A stretch of DNA of 64,000 nucleotides from positions 19,840,001 through 19,904,000 of the forward strand of contig OY740797.1 of NCBI GenBank assembly GCA_963514005.1, read 5' to 3'. Both the position numbers and the translations under genes were made by a program. Every line of letters starts with the position of its first letter. Within the stretch, counting starts at the first letter, position 1. Positions 36,886 through 48,617 of this stretch are shown piece by piece. Below the pieces are notes generated by a model. That model worked only from the letters and a program-made list of their open reading frames with translations. It was not told the origin of the DNA and did not search any database. The stretch is from Raja brachyura. Taxonomy: Eukaryota.

Positions 36886-38509
36886 GAAGAGGTAAATAGA
36901 AGCAAAACTAGTGCATACATACCTACATATTTCAATTCAGCTGACAAGTTGGTCAAATAACATGTGTACCTTCTTGCTTTTTTTAGAGACATGGATTTTT
37001 AAAATGTGAATGTCTCATAATGACACATTTGTGGGTCAGCAGTATTTGCACCAACCCACACAATTTAAAATAATTCTAAATTGAACTTCATAAACAAAGA
37101 AAACACTTTTTATATACATCATTTTGTGCGCGAAATATACAAGGTTGCAGTGCTTTGCATATCAGCTAATCAATAAAAGTGATATCAAATTCAACATATT
37201 TCAAACAAAGGACAAAATTTCCAACTTATATACATTAACTAGACTAAGTGGGAGCTATTGTGTCCCAGCATCACACGGGACGGGTTGGTCACCCAATGCA
37301 ATATTCCACCTCTCCACCTATTCCAATATTGCTGGCCAGTGGGGGGGGGGGGGGGCTTTCTGTTGCGCTAGTATGGGTGTTGACTTGTGCGCCGAAGGGA
37401 CTGTTTTCCAGAGGGCTAGTATGGACATTATGGTTTGAATGGATTCTAGGGCTGGCAGCTCAGTCACTGAGGCCAGGCAACTCAGTCACTGAGGCCAGGC
37501 AACTCAGTCACTCTTACCTGGCAGGCTGGCAGCTGAGAAACTGCCAGATATTCTGCCCAAAATAGGTGACAGACTCTGTGTGAGAGAGAAGGGGGAGAGG
37601 GTGGACTGAATGGATTATTGGCCTGGCAGTTCACTTAGTCACGGCTCGTGGGTTGGCAGTTCAGTCACTGACGGCTGGTGGGCTGGCAGTGCAGTCACTG
37701 ATGGCTGGAACCGATATTGCACCAACCCACTCAATTTTAAATAAATCATAATAGAGATCTATTAACATGGTTAACACTTTATTTCTGACATGCATAGTAA
37801 GATTTACATAATTCACATTATTCTGTGCGCGAGATATACAGGGTTGCAGTATTCAGCATATCAGCTAACCAGTGAAAGTGATGTAAAATTCAGCGAGTCC
37901 AGAACCAGGGACCACAGTGTTAGAATAAGGGGGAGGTCATTTAGGCCTGAGGTGAGAAAAAACCGTACTACGTGTTTTTCGCAGGAGTGGTCCATCTTGC
38001 TCCGCTATAGGATCTTTGCTCTTAGTGGCTCTCCCACAGAGTATCCATTCCTGCCCATTAGGTTCCCATTGTGATGAAGAACACGCAGGCATGATAAGTG
38101 GATAAAGGATTTATTAAAGTTTAAAATGTGAATAACTCTTAAAATATAAGAACAATTTAAACGTCAAAGATGAGAATTATTAAGTTATTTCTTGTTGTGT
38201 CTCTTGTTGCTGCCCACTGCATCTTTATGTCAATTTGCTGTTGATAAAAAAAAGTGAATTTAAAAATAGAGAGATTCAGCGGTCAAATTTTAACCACGAT
38301 AATCTGATAATATATCTCAGAAGTCATCATTCAATGAAGCACGCTTTTATATAAGCACGCATATATACACACATATTCAGACTCACACACAGAGACTCAC
38401 ACACACATACTCACACACAGAGACTTACACACACACACACTCACTCAAATGTTTAAAGCCTCCTGTAGAGGCTGCTGCTGCTGAAGCAAAAGTCTCGTTT
38501 ATATCGATG

Positions 38510-39200
38510 ATTGAAAGGGTCAAGAGCTTCAAATTCGTGGGCGTGCAAATCTCTGAAGATCTTTCCTGGTCTGAGAACACGGAGTGAAATATTAAGAAAG
38601 CACAACAGCACCTCTACTTCCTGATAAGATTACGGAGAGTCGGTTTGCCAAGGAGGACTCTAACCTCTACAGGTGCACAGTAGAGAGCATGCTGACCGGT
38701 TGCACGTGGCTTGGTTCGGCAACTTGAGCGCCCAGTAGAGGAAAAGACTCCAAAAAGTAGTAAACGCTGCCCAGTCCATCATCGGCTCTGACCTCCCTTC
38801 CATCGAGGGGATCTATCGAATTCGCTGCCACAAAAAGGCTGGCAGTATCATCAAGGACCCACACCATCCTGGCCACACACTCATCTCCCTGCTACCTTCA
38901 GGTAGAAGGTACAGGACCCTGAAGACTGCAACAACCAGGTACAGGAATAGCAACCTCCCAACAGCCATCAGGCTATTAAACTTGGCTCGGACAAAACTCT
39001 GAACATTAATAGCCCAATATCTGTTATTTGCACTTTATCAGTTTATTTATTCATGTGTGTATATATTTATATAATGGTATATGAACACACTGATCTGTTA
39101 TGTAGTCAATGCCTACTATGTTCTGTTGTGCTGAAGCAAAGTCAAGAATGTCATTGTACCATCAGGGACACATGACAATAAACTCACTTGGATTTGAACT
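38510..39200 (+). mobile_element. Rex1/Babar-type LINE 3' end
   Basis: Degenerate coding of ERVKSFKFVG...KKAQQHLYFL...YRCTVESML, then 'ctaccttcaggtagaaggtacagg' and a tail 'gacaataaactc...gaacttgaa'. Confidence 0.7.
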
Positions 39201-39550
39201 TGAATAGTATTACTTCAAATGAATACATTTTGAAAATTATGCACTTTACTTATGTTCTACTTTTTGAAGTTTTTTACATTTCCTTTTAACAGTCATGTTA
39301 TGCATTTTTCTATTCTTGAATTTGAGTCCATAGTGCATGTGGATACTCACAAAGATTGCTACAATTCTAACCTTGACTCTATTGCAGCACAAGTTCATGT
39401 CTTTGTATTGCTGTGTGTTATGTATTGCTGCATTTATTACATGGGAAAGATAGAAGAGCTTATTAAAATCTTCTTACAATGGCCATTATGTAATATATTT
39501 CTATCCTCTTTTGGACCTAAGGCATAGCAGGGCTGCCAACTCTCACACAG

Positions 39551-40026
39551 AGGGAAGGGAGGGAGAGAGGGAAAGGATGGAGGGTGGGAGGGAAGGGAAG
39601 GGAGGGAGAGAGGGGAGGGAGGGAGAGAGGGGGGGGAGAGGGATCGAGAAAAGAGAGGGGAGAGAGAGAGATCGAGAGGGGAGAGAGAGAGATCGAGAGG
39701 GGAGAGAGAGATCGAGATAAGAGAGAGATCGAGAGAAGAGAGGGGATCGACAAGGGAGAGAAAGAGATCGAGAGGGGAGAGAGAGAGATCGAGAGGGGAG
39801 AGAAAGAGATCGAGAGGGGAGAGAGATCGAGATAAGAGAGAGTTCGAGAGAAGAGAGGGGATAGAGAGAGATCGAGAGGGGAGAGAAAGAAATCGAGAGG
39901 GGAGAGAGAGTGATCGAGAGGGGAGAGAGAGAGATAGAGAGAAGAGAGGGAGATCAAGAGAAGAGAGGGAGATAGAGAGAAGAGAGGGAGATAGAGAGAA
40001 GAGAGGAGATAGAGAGAGATCGAGAG
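39551..40026. repeat. Purine-rich microsatellite (GA-rich, recurrent 'gagagatcgagaggg')
   Basis: Visible directly; it generates the spurious S/L/P-rich ORFs at 39437-40150. Confidence 0.95.
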
Positions 40027-40581
40027 GTAAGTAAAGATCGATTACAAATAAATCTAATAACTTTCTAATGCATCTTGCTCCTCTATAGTCTTTGCTTGCA
40101 ACTGCTCTGTAGCTTTGGAGCGGATTACACAGCAGGAGATCGAGAGACAAAGATTATAGAGGAGCCTAGTTTCCCAATGATGTAGATGCCATAGTCGAGG
40201 CCATCTCTGGTCAAGGCACTCCGCTAAAATGGCGTCGACAATCACACATGTGATACTACGCTTTTTTCGCTGAGTGGCTCATCTTGCTCCTCTATAATCT
40301 TTGATCAGGATAATCAAGGACCAGCTTTATACAGGTCATCACTCTTCTCCCCTCTCACTTGAGGCATGATGTACAGACGCATATCTCCAGAATCAGGGAC
40401 AATTTCCTCCCAGCTGTAATCAGGCAAGTGAACGAACGGCCCTCTGATCAGCTGGAGTGCGCTCCTCATCTACCTCATCCATCTCACATAAGACCTTTGA
40501 ACCATCTTTCATTGGCCTTTACCTTGCACTAAATTTTGTACCCTTTACAATTTCTCTGTGCATTGTGGACGGCTTGATTGT

Positions 40582-42402
40582 ATTTTACTTCGGAGTCACG
40601 TGAGTGACTAGGTGAAGAACCCCGGCCAGCCGCACGCGCGTCATTACGTCAGACACATGGTTGGAGTAGTAGAGCTCCTCCAGCGGTAAGTTTAAAAAAC
40701 CTCGATGTAAGTGCTAAACTTAGTTTGGAGGTTGCTTTCTGTAGGTACGCTTGGTTTTCAAAGCGCTAGTACTAAAATGCAGAAAGCTACAAAGGGGAGG
40801 CGAGCCACTAGTAAATGTTTGGAAGACCGTGTGAGTGCGGGTAGCGGGTGCCCGCCTTGCTCACCTATATCATCGTTAACAAGGGGGTTTGCGACTGCAG
40901 ACACGTTGCCTGTGAGCAGTGTCGCCGCGCTAGTGGGGCGCAAGGCCACTTCGAAGTCTGCTAGGCCCATGGACTCCGAGTCGGGCCAGGAGGAGTCAGC
41001 TCCGCAAAGCGAGACCGTTTCTAAACGGCTAAATGAAATCGAGGTCCTGTTGGAGAGGATACTCGCAAAGGATGCACACCGGGAGTATGACTGGTGTCCA
41101 CGCCGGGCTGATGGAGAGCCTGTGCCAGCAGCGCCTGCAATATGGCTGCTTGATCGCTCCCTCATGGACGAGGAGAGCTTGACGGGTCATGGGTATATTG
41201 ACGCCGAACCAGTGGGTGAATAGAGCCCAGGGTGTGAATGGCATGAGGTTACAATACCTGATTTGGCTGCAAAATGTGCCATTCCCACGAAGCAGGAGAG
41301 TCATTGGGGCAGCAGTTGTTCACAAGTATGAATTATTTGCTCTCCCATCAGCTCCAAGAGCTGGTATTGGATGACACTATAAAGAAGAATGAAACCCCGG
41401 TTGACTGTGCCTTATTGATGGTGCCGGTGGTGAACCATGTTATATGGGGACAAATGGGGATTGCAGTTTGGGCACAAGAGCTAAAACGAGTTAAAGAACT
41501 TGATGATGAGGCGAAAACTGTGGGGTTAATAAAAGTGCCGACGAGCAGCAAAATGGATCATTGGCAATTCCCCTATCGACGGGGTGCAATGACTGGGGCT
41601 GGTGAAGGGACGAGCCGTTCATTCCCGAACATACAAAGCTGGCACCCTGCCACAGCCACATGGGGAAGGATGAATTTTCCCACGAGGGACAGGGGGCAAC
41701 AAGTGCCATCGGTCAACATGCAGGTCAGCAGTTTTCCTCCTAATAGAATCAAATTAAGTGGGAAATATGTTCAAGTTGAGGGCAGGTTATACTTGTCCCT
41801 AAAAGAATGGCAGGAGATAACATCAGATCCGTTTGTGCTGTGCAGGGTTTCAAATTGAATTCTACCCTAATTTGTGTCCACCCACTCAGCATATTCCAAG
41901 TCGGACACTCGTTTTCTCACATGAAGAGAATATGCAAATACAGGCAGAACTTGAGGTATTGTGCAGTAAAGGGGTGATTGAGAAGTCAGTTCGTCAACTC
42001 GTCAATTATATTTCCTAGGTCTAAAAGGATGGGGGATGTAGAATAATTCTGGACCTGACGAGCCTTAACTCTTTTGTACAGTATAGACACTTCAAAATGG
42101 AGACCTTTCTGACGGCTAAACAGCTGATTTCCAAAGGGTGTTATATGGCAAGCATAGATCTTAAAGATACATATTACTCAGTATCTGTTCATTGCGACGA
42201 TAGGAGATATTTGAAGTTTAGCTGGATGAGTCAGTACGGGAATTCAAAGCACTGCCTAATGGATTAACCTCAGCTCCTAGATTGTTTACCAAATTGTTAA
42301 AACCAATTCTAGGGCTACTCCGAGCTCAGGGTCATGTTGTAATGGCCTATTTAGTTGATATCATAATTGTAGGAAAGACTTGGGATGCAGCTGAATCATC
42401 TG
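40582..42402 (+). mobile_element. 3'-truncated DIRS element (left terminus, gag-like region, RT start)
   Basis: Left end ATTTTACTTCGGAGTCACGTGAGTGACTAGGTGAAGAAC, the same terminus as 20993. RT fragments HFKMETF, IDLKDTY, LPNGLTSAPRLFTK, MAYLVD. Empty site at 60709-60711. Confidence 0.88.
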
Positions 42403-43366
42403 TTCTTATTAGCTCGAGCTGCAGATACATTCGCTTAGAGGGAAAACGGAGACGTGCTGCATAAGACAAAAACATTCGACCCGACTTGCCCATGCTGACG
42501 ATATGCCTATCTAGGTGAATGCCATTTACCTACCCATATTCTTCTATTCCTTTCCTATTTATGTAATTTCCCAAATGCTTTTTAAACTGCAAGATAGACC
42601 CTAACTTATCCAGGCAGATTACTCCGTGTACTCACCAAATATATCCATTTTCGTTTTAAACGTACACCTTCTAGTTTTAGACTCCCCTACACTTTGCAAA
42701 AATACTTTTAACTATGTTCCCTGTCTATGAACCTCATAATTTCATAAACTTCCATGGCGTCATCATGCCCCACAAGAACATTTAGATAATGTGCATGAAT
42801 ATACACACATTGCTGCAATTTGCATGAACACATATCGCATCAATTTCCGTTTAAATAAGTTTTTTTCAAATAATAAATATTGTCCACGCTGTTTTGCAGA
42901 AATATATGATTTGGACACTGGGGTATAATCAGTCGTTCAGATGGGGTGGGAGATTGCAACCTTCATGTGGTCCACCCTGTTTCGACTAATGCAATCAACC
43001 TGATGTGCACAAACAATTAGATCAAATAGGACAAGTTAACCACAACTTTAGGCTGTGCACGCCATACGCAAGAAGAATAAGTCATTCTGGTAAGCGGTCG
43101 AAAAGAAATTTAGCTTTTAAAGCACATCCTGCATGATGAAAGAGACAGAATGGTTCAGGAGAAGAAATTGGACAGTTAAGGATCAATAAGATTAGCAGCA
43201 GTGAATTGCAGCCATTTTGGATTATCCAAAGACCATATTGAGAAGCAGCTAGAGTTGTGAGCACGAATAATGATACAAGGAAAGGGACGAGTGAAGCAAA
43301 GCGGGCATTTGAAAGCATGGATGACATATGTAAGGTTGGTATCTTGCTGGACCAGATGTCGTACAG

Positions 43367-44991
43367 CAGGCATGTGCCGTGAGTAATTACTCAGGGTAGG
43401 CAGTCAGTTGGCTTCAAAAAAAAAAATTAAACTGCGCATTCTCAGATTGTTCTCTCTGTAAAAAAATTAAATTAAAATAAAGACATTAACAGTTCAATTT
43501 GCCCAAGGCTTCCAAGTCTCCTTTATTCTGAATTACTGAACGGGTGGGGGATGAAGGGTGATGGCACTTGGACAGATGGTGGGAAAAACGGGAGTACAGG
43601 GAAAAGTTGAACCAGTTGTCGTCTAATTGAATGACAACACTTGTTCAAGGGACCAATTGGGGGGAGCGTTCCTTTCACAGCGTGTGGAGAGTCTGTGCCA
43701 GGGGTAAAGTTGCGGGGAGGGCATGAGTGTTGGGTTGGGGATAATGCCAGTAACTCACTCACTCACCGCTGCCGTGGCGCTCTGGGCGCCACCGCACTGT
43801 AGCCGGGGATAGAAGCAGCTTGGGTAGCTGCGAGCGGCCGCCGGGAGCCGACAGCAGAACTGGCCACGACTTCAACGCCTTCTGCCGGCCCGCTCACCTC
43901 TGGCACTGCTCTCCGTCTGAACACCTCTCACCTGCCACACGCTCATGTCAGCAGCTTCCTGCAAATCCTTAAATTCCTAACCTCAACATCAACCTGACAT
44001 GAGTGAGGCCAGTGAGCGGCAATAGAGGTTTTTGGACGGAGAGCTGCCAGAGGTGAGCGGGGGCCGGCAGAAGGAGCTAAGGTGGCGGCTGGTTCCGCTC
44101 TCCAGCACAGCCACCCGAGCTACTTCTCCCACCCCCGGCCTCAATGCGGTGGCATTGCACGCCTCCGTGCAAGAAGTATCGCAAGTGGCATGCTCCCGAC
44201 CCCTCCTTCACAACATTCATGCCCTCCCCGCAACTTTACCCTGGGCCAGACTCCCCAAACGCTGTGAAAGGAGCGCTCCCCCCACTCCCACGCCCTGGGA
44301 AATACAGCATTTAAAAACATAAATACAAAATGTACTTACAACATTATTGGTACACAAACTCCATTCTTCTCTTTGTTTCCTAACAAACACTTAAAATAAT
44401 GCCAATCCATATTTGAAAACCCTGCCAAGAAACCAGCGCTGCGCATGCACAGTACGCTGCTGCGCATGCGTAGTGCTGCAAAGGTGGCGGAACCAGCCGC
44501 CACCTTAGCTCCTTCTGCCGGCCCCCGCTCAGAGGGAGAACAAGGAGGGAAGAGACAAATACTAAGACTTTTGCCTTCCACCACTGTGAGGAGGTGTTTG
44601 GTGAACTCACTGTGGTGGATGTTAAATTTGTGTTTATTGTGTGTTTTTGTTACTTTTAATATACGTATGACTGCAGGCACGAAAGGTCTGAATGACAATA
44701 AAGGTAATCTGAATCTGAATCTCAATCTGAAAACGCAGAATTTCTGCTGCCTTCAGTTCAGCTTGAAATTGACGCTTGAAGCAGCGCTGACAGCACGTGG
44801 GCTGCACACACCTTCAAGGGTTACAAGTGCTGCGGATGAAAGGCACGGAGAATTATGCTTACCTAAGAGATCGATCTTTTAGATAGGCATAATTCTCCCA
44901 TGCTTTATTATATATATTTAGTAATTACTATGTTATAATTTTAGTCAGGGTAGGCAGTGCCTACCTTGCCTACGCTGACGGCACGTGCCTG
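43367..44991. mobile_element. Non-autonomous hAT transposon
   Basis: TIRs CAGGCATGTGCCGT / ACGGCACGTGCCTG; perfect 8-bp TSD TCGTACAG (43359-43366, 44992-44999). Confidence 0.9.
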
Positions 44992-45078
44992 TCGTACAGT
45001 CAGCCAGCAACCACGTGATGGGTAAACGTGATGTCCAAGGAGATGTATACAAGGCATACGCTCACAAATATATACATA

Positions 45079-45267
45079 CAGTGGCTTGCAAAAGTATTCA
45101 TACCCCTTGAACTTTTCCACATTCTGTCACATTACAACCACAAACGTAAATGTATTTTATTGGGATTTTATGTGATAGACCAACACAAAGTGGTGCATAA
45201 TTGTGAAGTGGAAGGAAAATGATACATGGTTTCCAAATTTTATTACAAATAAAAAACTGAAAAGTGT
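45079..45267 (+). mobile_element. Tc1/mariner terminal fragment (one TIR)
   Basis: TA|CAGTGGCTTGCAAAAGTATTCATACCCCTTGAAC is a typical Tc1 terminus; it is truncated by a CR1 tail. Confidence 0.8.
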
Positions 45268-45268
45268 A

Positions 45269-45487
45269 GCCACAGAAGGTAGTTGAGGCCAGTTCATTGG
45301 CTATATTTAAGAGGGAGTTAGATGTGGCCCTTGTGGCTAAAGGGATCAGGGGGTATGGAGAGAAGGCATGCACAGGATACTGAGTTGGATGATCAGCCAT
45401 GATCATATTGAATGGCGGTGCAGGCTCGAAGGGCCGAATGGCGTACTCCTGCACCTATTTTCTATGATTCTATGATTCTATGATTCT
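45269..45487 (+). mobile_element. CR1 3' end with (TATGATTC)n tail
   Basis: 'gccacagaaggtagttgaggcc...gcacctattttctatgattctatgattctatgattc'. Confidence 0.85.
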
Positions 45488-46091
45488 AAAGTGATAAGAG
45501 ATCCGATGGTTTTAATTCCACCCTGGCTGTTTCAAAGGGCCATTCTTCCCAATTACCGATGACCACCATAATGCTCCAGCACCTTTCGAATGGGTCACTC
45601 CATTTAAGACATTCGGGCCTGCTCTTCCTCCCCCACATATTTTGTATCCAGCAGCACCACAGGCACATTGACTCAAATAATTCCTAATCTTAGGCCCCCT
45701 TCGGTCGTGGCTGACCGTGGGTGTCTCCAGGGTGCTATACCCTATATGGAGGACGCCGGTGGGGAGACTGGTGCACAGACACCCATCGCACGAACCTTGA
45801 CAGACCTGGGTCAGGATCCACGGAGCACGGGCACGGAGTCACTAAACAATTTTCTCAAACCAATTATGGAATGAGGTTCACAAACAATCAATATGTGGGC
45901 ATTTCCAGTGGCGCCATGTTCTAGCAACAGACGCTACACATAGCTCTGCTCCAGAAAATTTGTGATTTTTTGCATTAAAACTAGTTCTACTGATCGGGAC
46001 CGATTTAAAAATCTTACTGGAGCCTCTGTACGTCACGCTGCTGACGTCATCAGTAAGCGCTGTGGATTTAACGGTGGATTTAACTCTTTAA

Positions 46092-47148
46092 ATGCAAAAC
46101 CCGGTTACTGCTCAGTGTCCTCAGAGAACAATCATGAAACATCACTGGAGAAGCCAGAAGAAGCCTGAAGAAACTACTTTTGAAGTGGCTCCTGAAGGAA
46201 AACTGCCCTCAGAAATGGCTACAAGAGCTATGGCAGATAAGGACAAAGAAATTGAGGACTTAAGGCAAACGGTAAGAGAACTGAAAGATGAAAAGGTGGA
46301 TGGAAAGCAGATGGAAAAGATGATGAGAGAGATGATGGAACAGCTGATGGTGAATACGAATGCGGGCAATCAGAAAGTCACTGAGTCTGTGCAGGATTCG
46401 ATTAGCACTGTAAATAAACGAATGGAAGATGTGAGAGGAATTACTAGAGAGAATGGATACGGGGGAAGAAGACACCACTAAGAAGTTTGATGCAGTGCAT
46501 GAGACTGTCTCCTCATATGTGACAACAATGAAAGAGATGGAGGAAGAGATGGGACGAATGGCTGAGGAGATGACGAAAATGAAGATACATCGTGATCTCA
46601 CTGCAAAACAGCTGGCAAAAGTTTCAGACAAGTGCCTGGATCTCAAAGCTCGTTCGAGACGCCTAAATCTAAGATTAGTTGGAGTACCAGAGGGAGCCGA
46701 GGGAGATAACCCTCGGGAGTTCGCTGCGGATTTAATTAAAGAAGCTCTCAATCTTCCTAGCCTACCGAAAATTGAAGTGGCACACCAAGTCCCGAGATTC
46801 AAACAAAAATCTCAAAAAGGCTCAGAATACACACGTCAGATTATTGCGAAATTCTGGGACATTTCTGACTTGGAAGAGGTCAAGAGTAACATTAAATATG
46901 GAGTGCCAGTGAAGTACGGTCTGACATCTTTCAAAATATTCAGGGATTATCCTGATGAAATTGTTCAGAAGCGAAATCAGTTCTCTAAGGCAAAGCAAGC
47001 TCTCCAAGGAGTGAAAGGAGTCAGATATGGTGTCTACTACCCAGCTAAAAAGCGGATCTCTTACAAGGAACAGCAAAAATCATTCACAAACCCAGAGAAT
47101 GCATATAAATATGCTTTAACCATCGTGGAAGAGAAACATAGAAATTAG
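46092..47148 (+). pseudogene. L1 ORF1 (coiled coil + RRM/CTD), one frameshift
   Basis: Coiled-coil region followed by DLKARSRRLNLRLVGVPEGAEG, EVAHQV, RQIIAKF, IFRDY, YPAK. Confidence 0.88.
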
Positions 47149-47437
47149 GTGCAGGAGTAGGCCATTCGGCCCTTCGAGCCTGCACCGCCATTCAATATGA
47201 TCATGGCTGATCATCCAACTCAGTATCCCATACCTGCCTTCTCTCCATACCCTCTGATCCCCTTAGCCACAAGGGCCACATCTAACTCCCTCTTAAATAT
47301 AGCCAATGAACTGGCCTCAACTACCTTCTGTGGCAGAGAGTTCCAGAGACCCATCACTCTATGTGTGAAAAAAATCCTTCTCATCTCGGTCCTAAAGGAT
47401 TTCCCCCTTATCCTTAAGCTGTGACCCCTTGTCCTGG
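47134..47437 (-). mobile_element. CR1 3' fragment inserted at the end of L1 ORF1
   Basis: 'aaacatagaaattaggtgcaggagtaggccattcggcc...ctgtgaccccttgtcctgga', the same family as 63138-63450. Confidence 0.88.
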
Positions 47438-48617
47438 AATCAGTAACTTGAAAGGTTGAACTGTATGGATATTCTTTCTCTTTATTATTTCACCGTGAAT
47501 TATATTGTGTTTACCAGAAGATGGAACTCTCCCTGCGTTTTGTCTAGACTGCTTATCGGTGGAATGCTAACTCAAGGATATTCTGGGTTCCTTGAACCCA
47601 GTATATCCTTGAACCCAGTATATACCAGCCTGGCCAGCAGGAGGCCACAAAATGAAGGGGGGGGGGGGGGAGGGGGGGAGGGGAGGACGGGAGGGGAGGG
47701 GGAGGGGGGGAGGGGGGATGGGGAGAGGGAATGACACCGTTTTTGGAGGAGAGCAAGCTGCAGCAGCTGTAGTTATGGTGCCTGGCCAGCAGGAGGCCAC
47801 AAAATGAGTGAGTGTGTATGGGGGGGGGGGGGGGGGGGGGAAGGATTTTATGTTAAAAAGTGCACATAAAAATGTCTAAATGTATTGAGGAGTGCGTTTG
47901 TGAATGTACAAGCGTAATTTCTGGCAAAATGGAAAAAATGGCGGCGTTTGAGTGTCCGGTTTTGGCAGAGCAGGGAATCAAAGGGCAAAAATGTGATAGC
48001 CAGCCGGCAACTGGACGGCGGTCAGCAGACACACACAGAATTTTAAAAGTATATAGATAGATAAGTTTCAAGTAGATTTATAATTGGGGTGTGAGGGGGA
48101 AAGGCGGGCTCCTGGCTCAGAACCAGGAGCCTGCCTCAGTTAACCCCTTCAACCAACAGCTGATTATTACCGAGGTAAAACTAGATGCTCAACATTTAGT
48201 AGATAAAACGGTTAGATATTTGGGAATACATATGAAATGGATATATATACTGCAAATGGGTACTATACATCTGATTTTGAACCGGCCCTGCTCCAGTATG
48301 GATATGTTATGACTAACTGAGGGAGCGGAGTTAGTCTACTTGTTTGCTAATATCGACAACGGAAGTCGACATAATGTTTTCTCCCACCAACAGGTGGGCC
48401 ACTTGTTACAGTGCCGATAAGTTCGGTCACTGTATTTTCACTTTTACTAGTTTTTTTTTACTATCACAATCAGTCACATGTGTGTGTTTTTTTTAATTCA
48501 AGGAGAATCGCAAAAGGAATCTACAAATTGAACTTGGTAGGATAAATGGTCACCCTATACTTAAAGACCTGAGGTACGGATGCACCGCAAGATACACAGG
48601 TATTAAACCTAGCCAAA

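Larger units (their letters stand above)
35595..40303. mobile_element. Composite non-autonomous TIR transposon (hAT- or P-like, 8-bp TSD) carrying nested CR1, Rex/Babar, Helitron-like pieces and microsatellites
   Basis: TIRs CAAAGATTATAGAGGAGCAAGAT / ATCTTGCTCCTCTATAATCTTTG; TSD ATCAGGAT at 35587-35594 and 40304-40311; empty site 'gtcaggataatcaagg' at ~60421. Confidence 0.8.
32872..40584. repeat. Second segmental duplication, left copy (32872-35594 + 40304-40584 match 57548-60711)
   Basis: 'gtgcattcctctgttacctttctccgtggtaccataagtgactataagc' at 32891 and 57566, colinear through to 'gcttgattgtatt' (40584 / 60711). Each copy has private insertions. Confidence 0.9.

Noticed and set aside
39437-40150. 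237-aa S/L/P-rich ORF
   Set aside because: Translation of a GA microsatellite.
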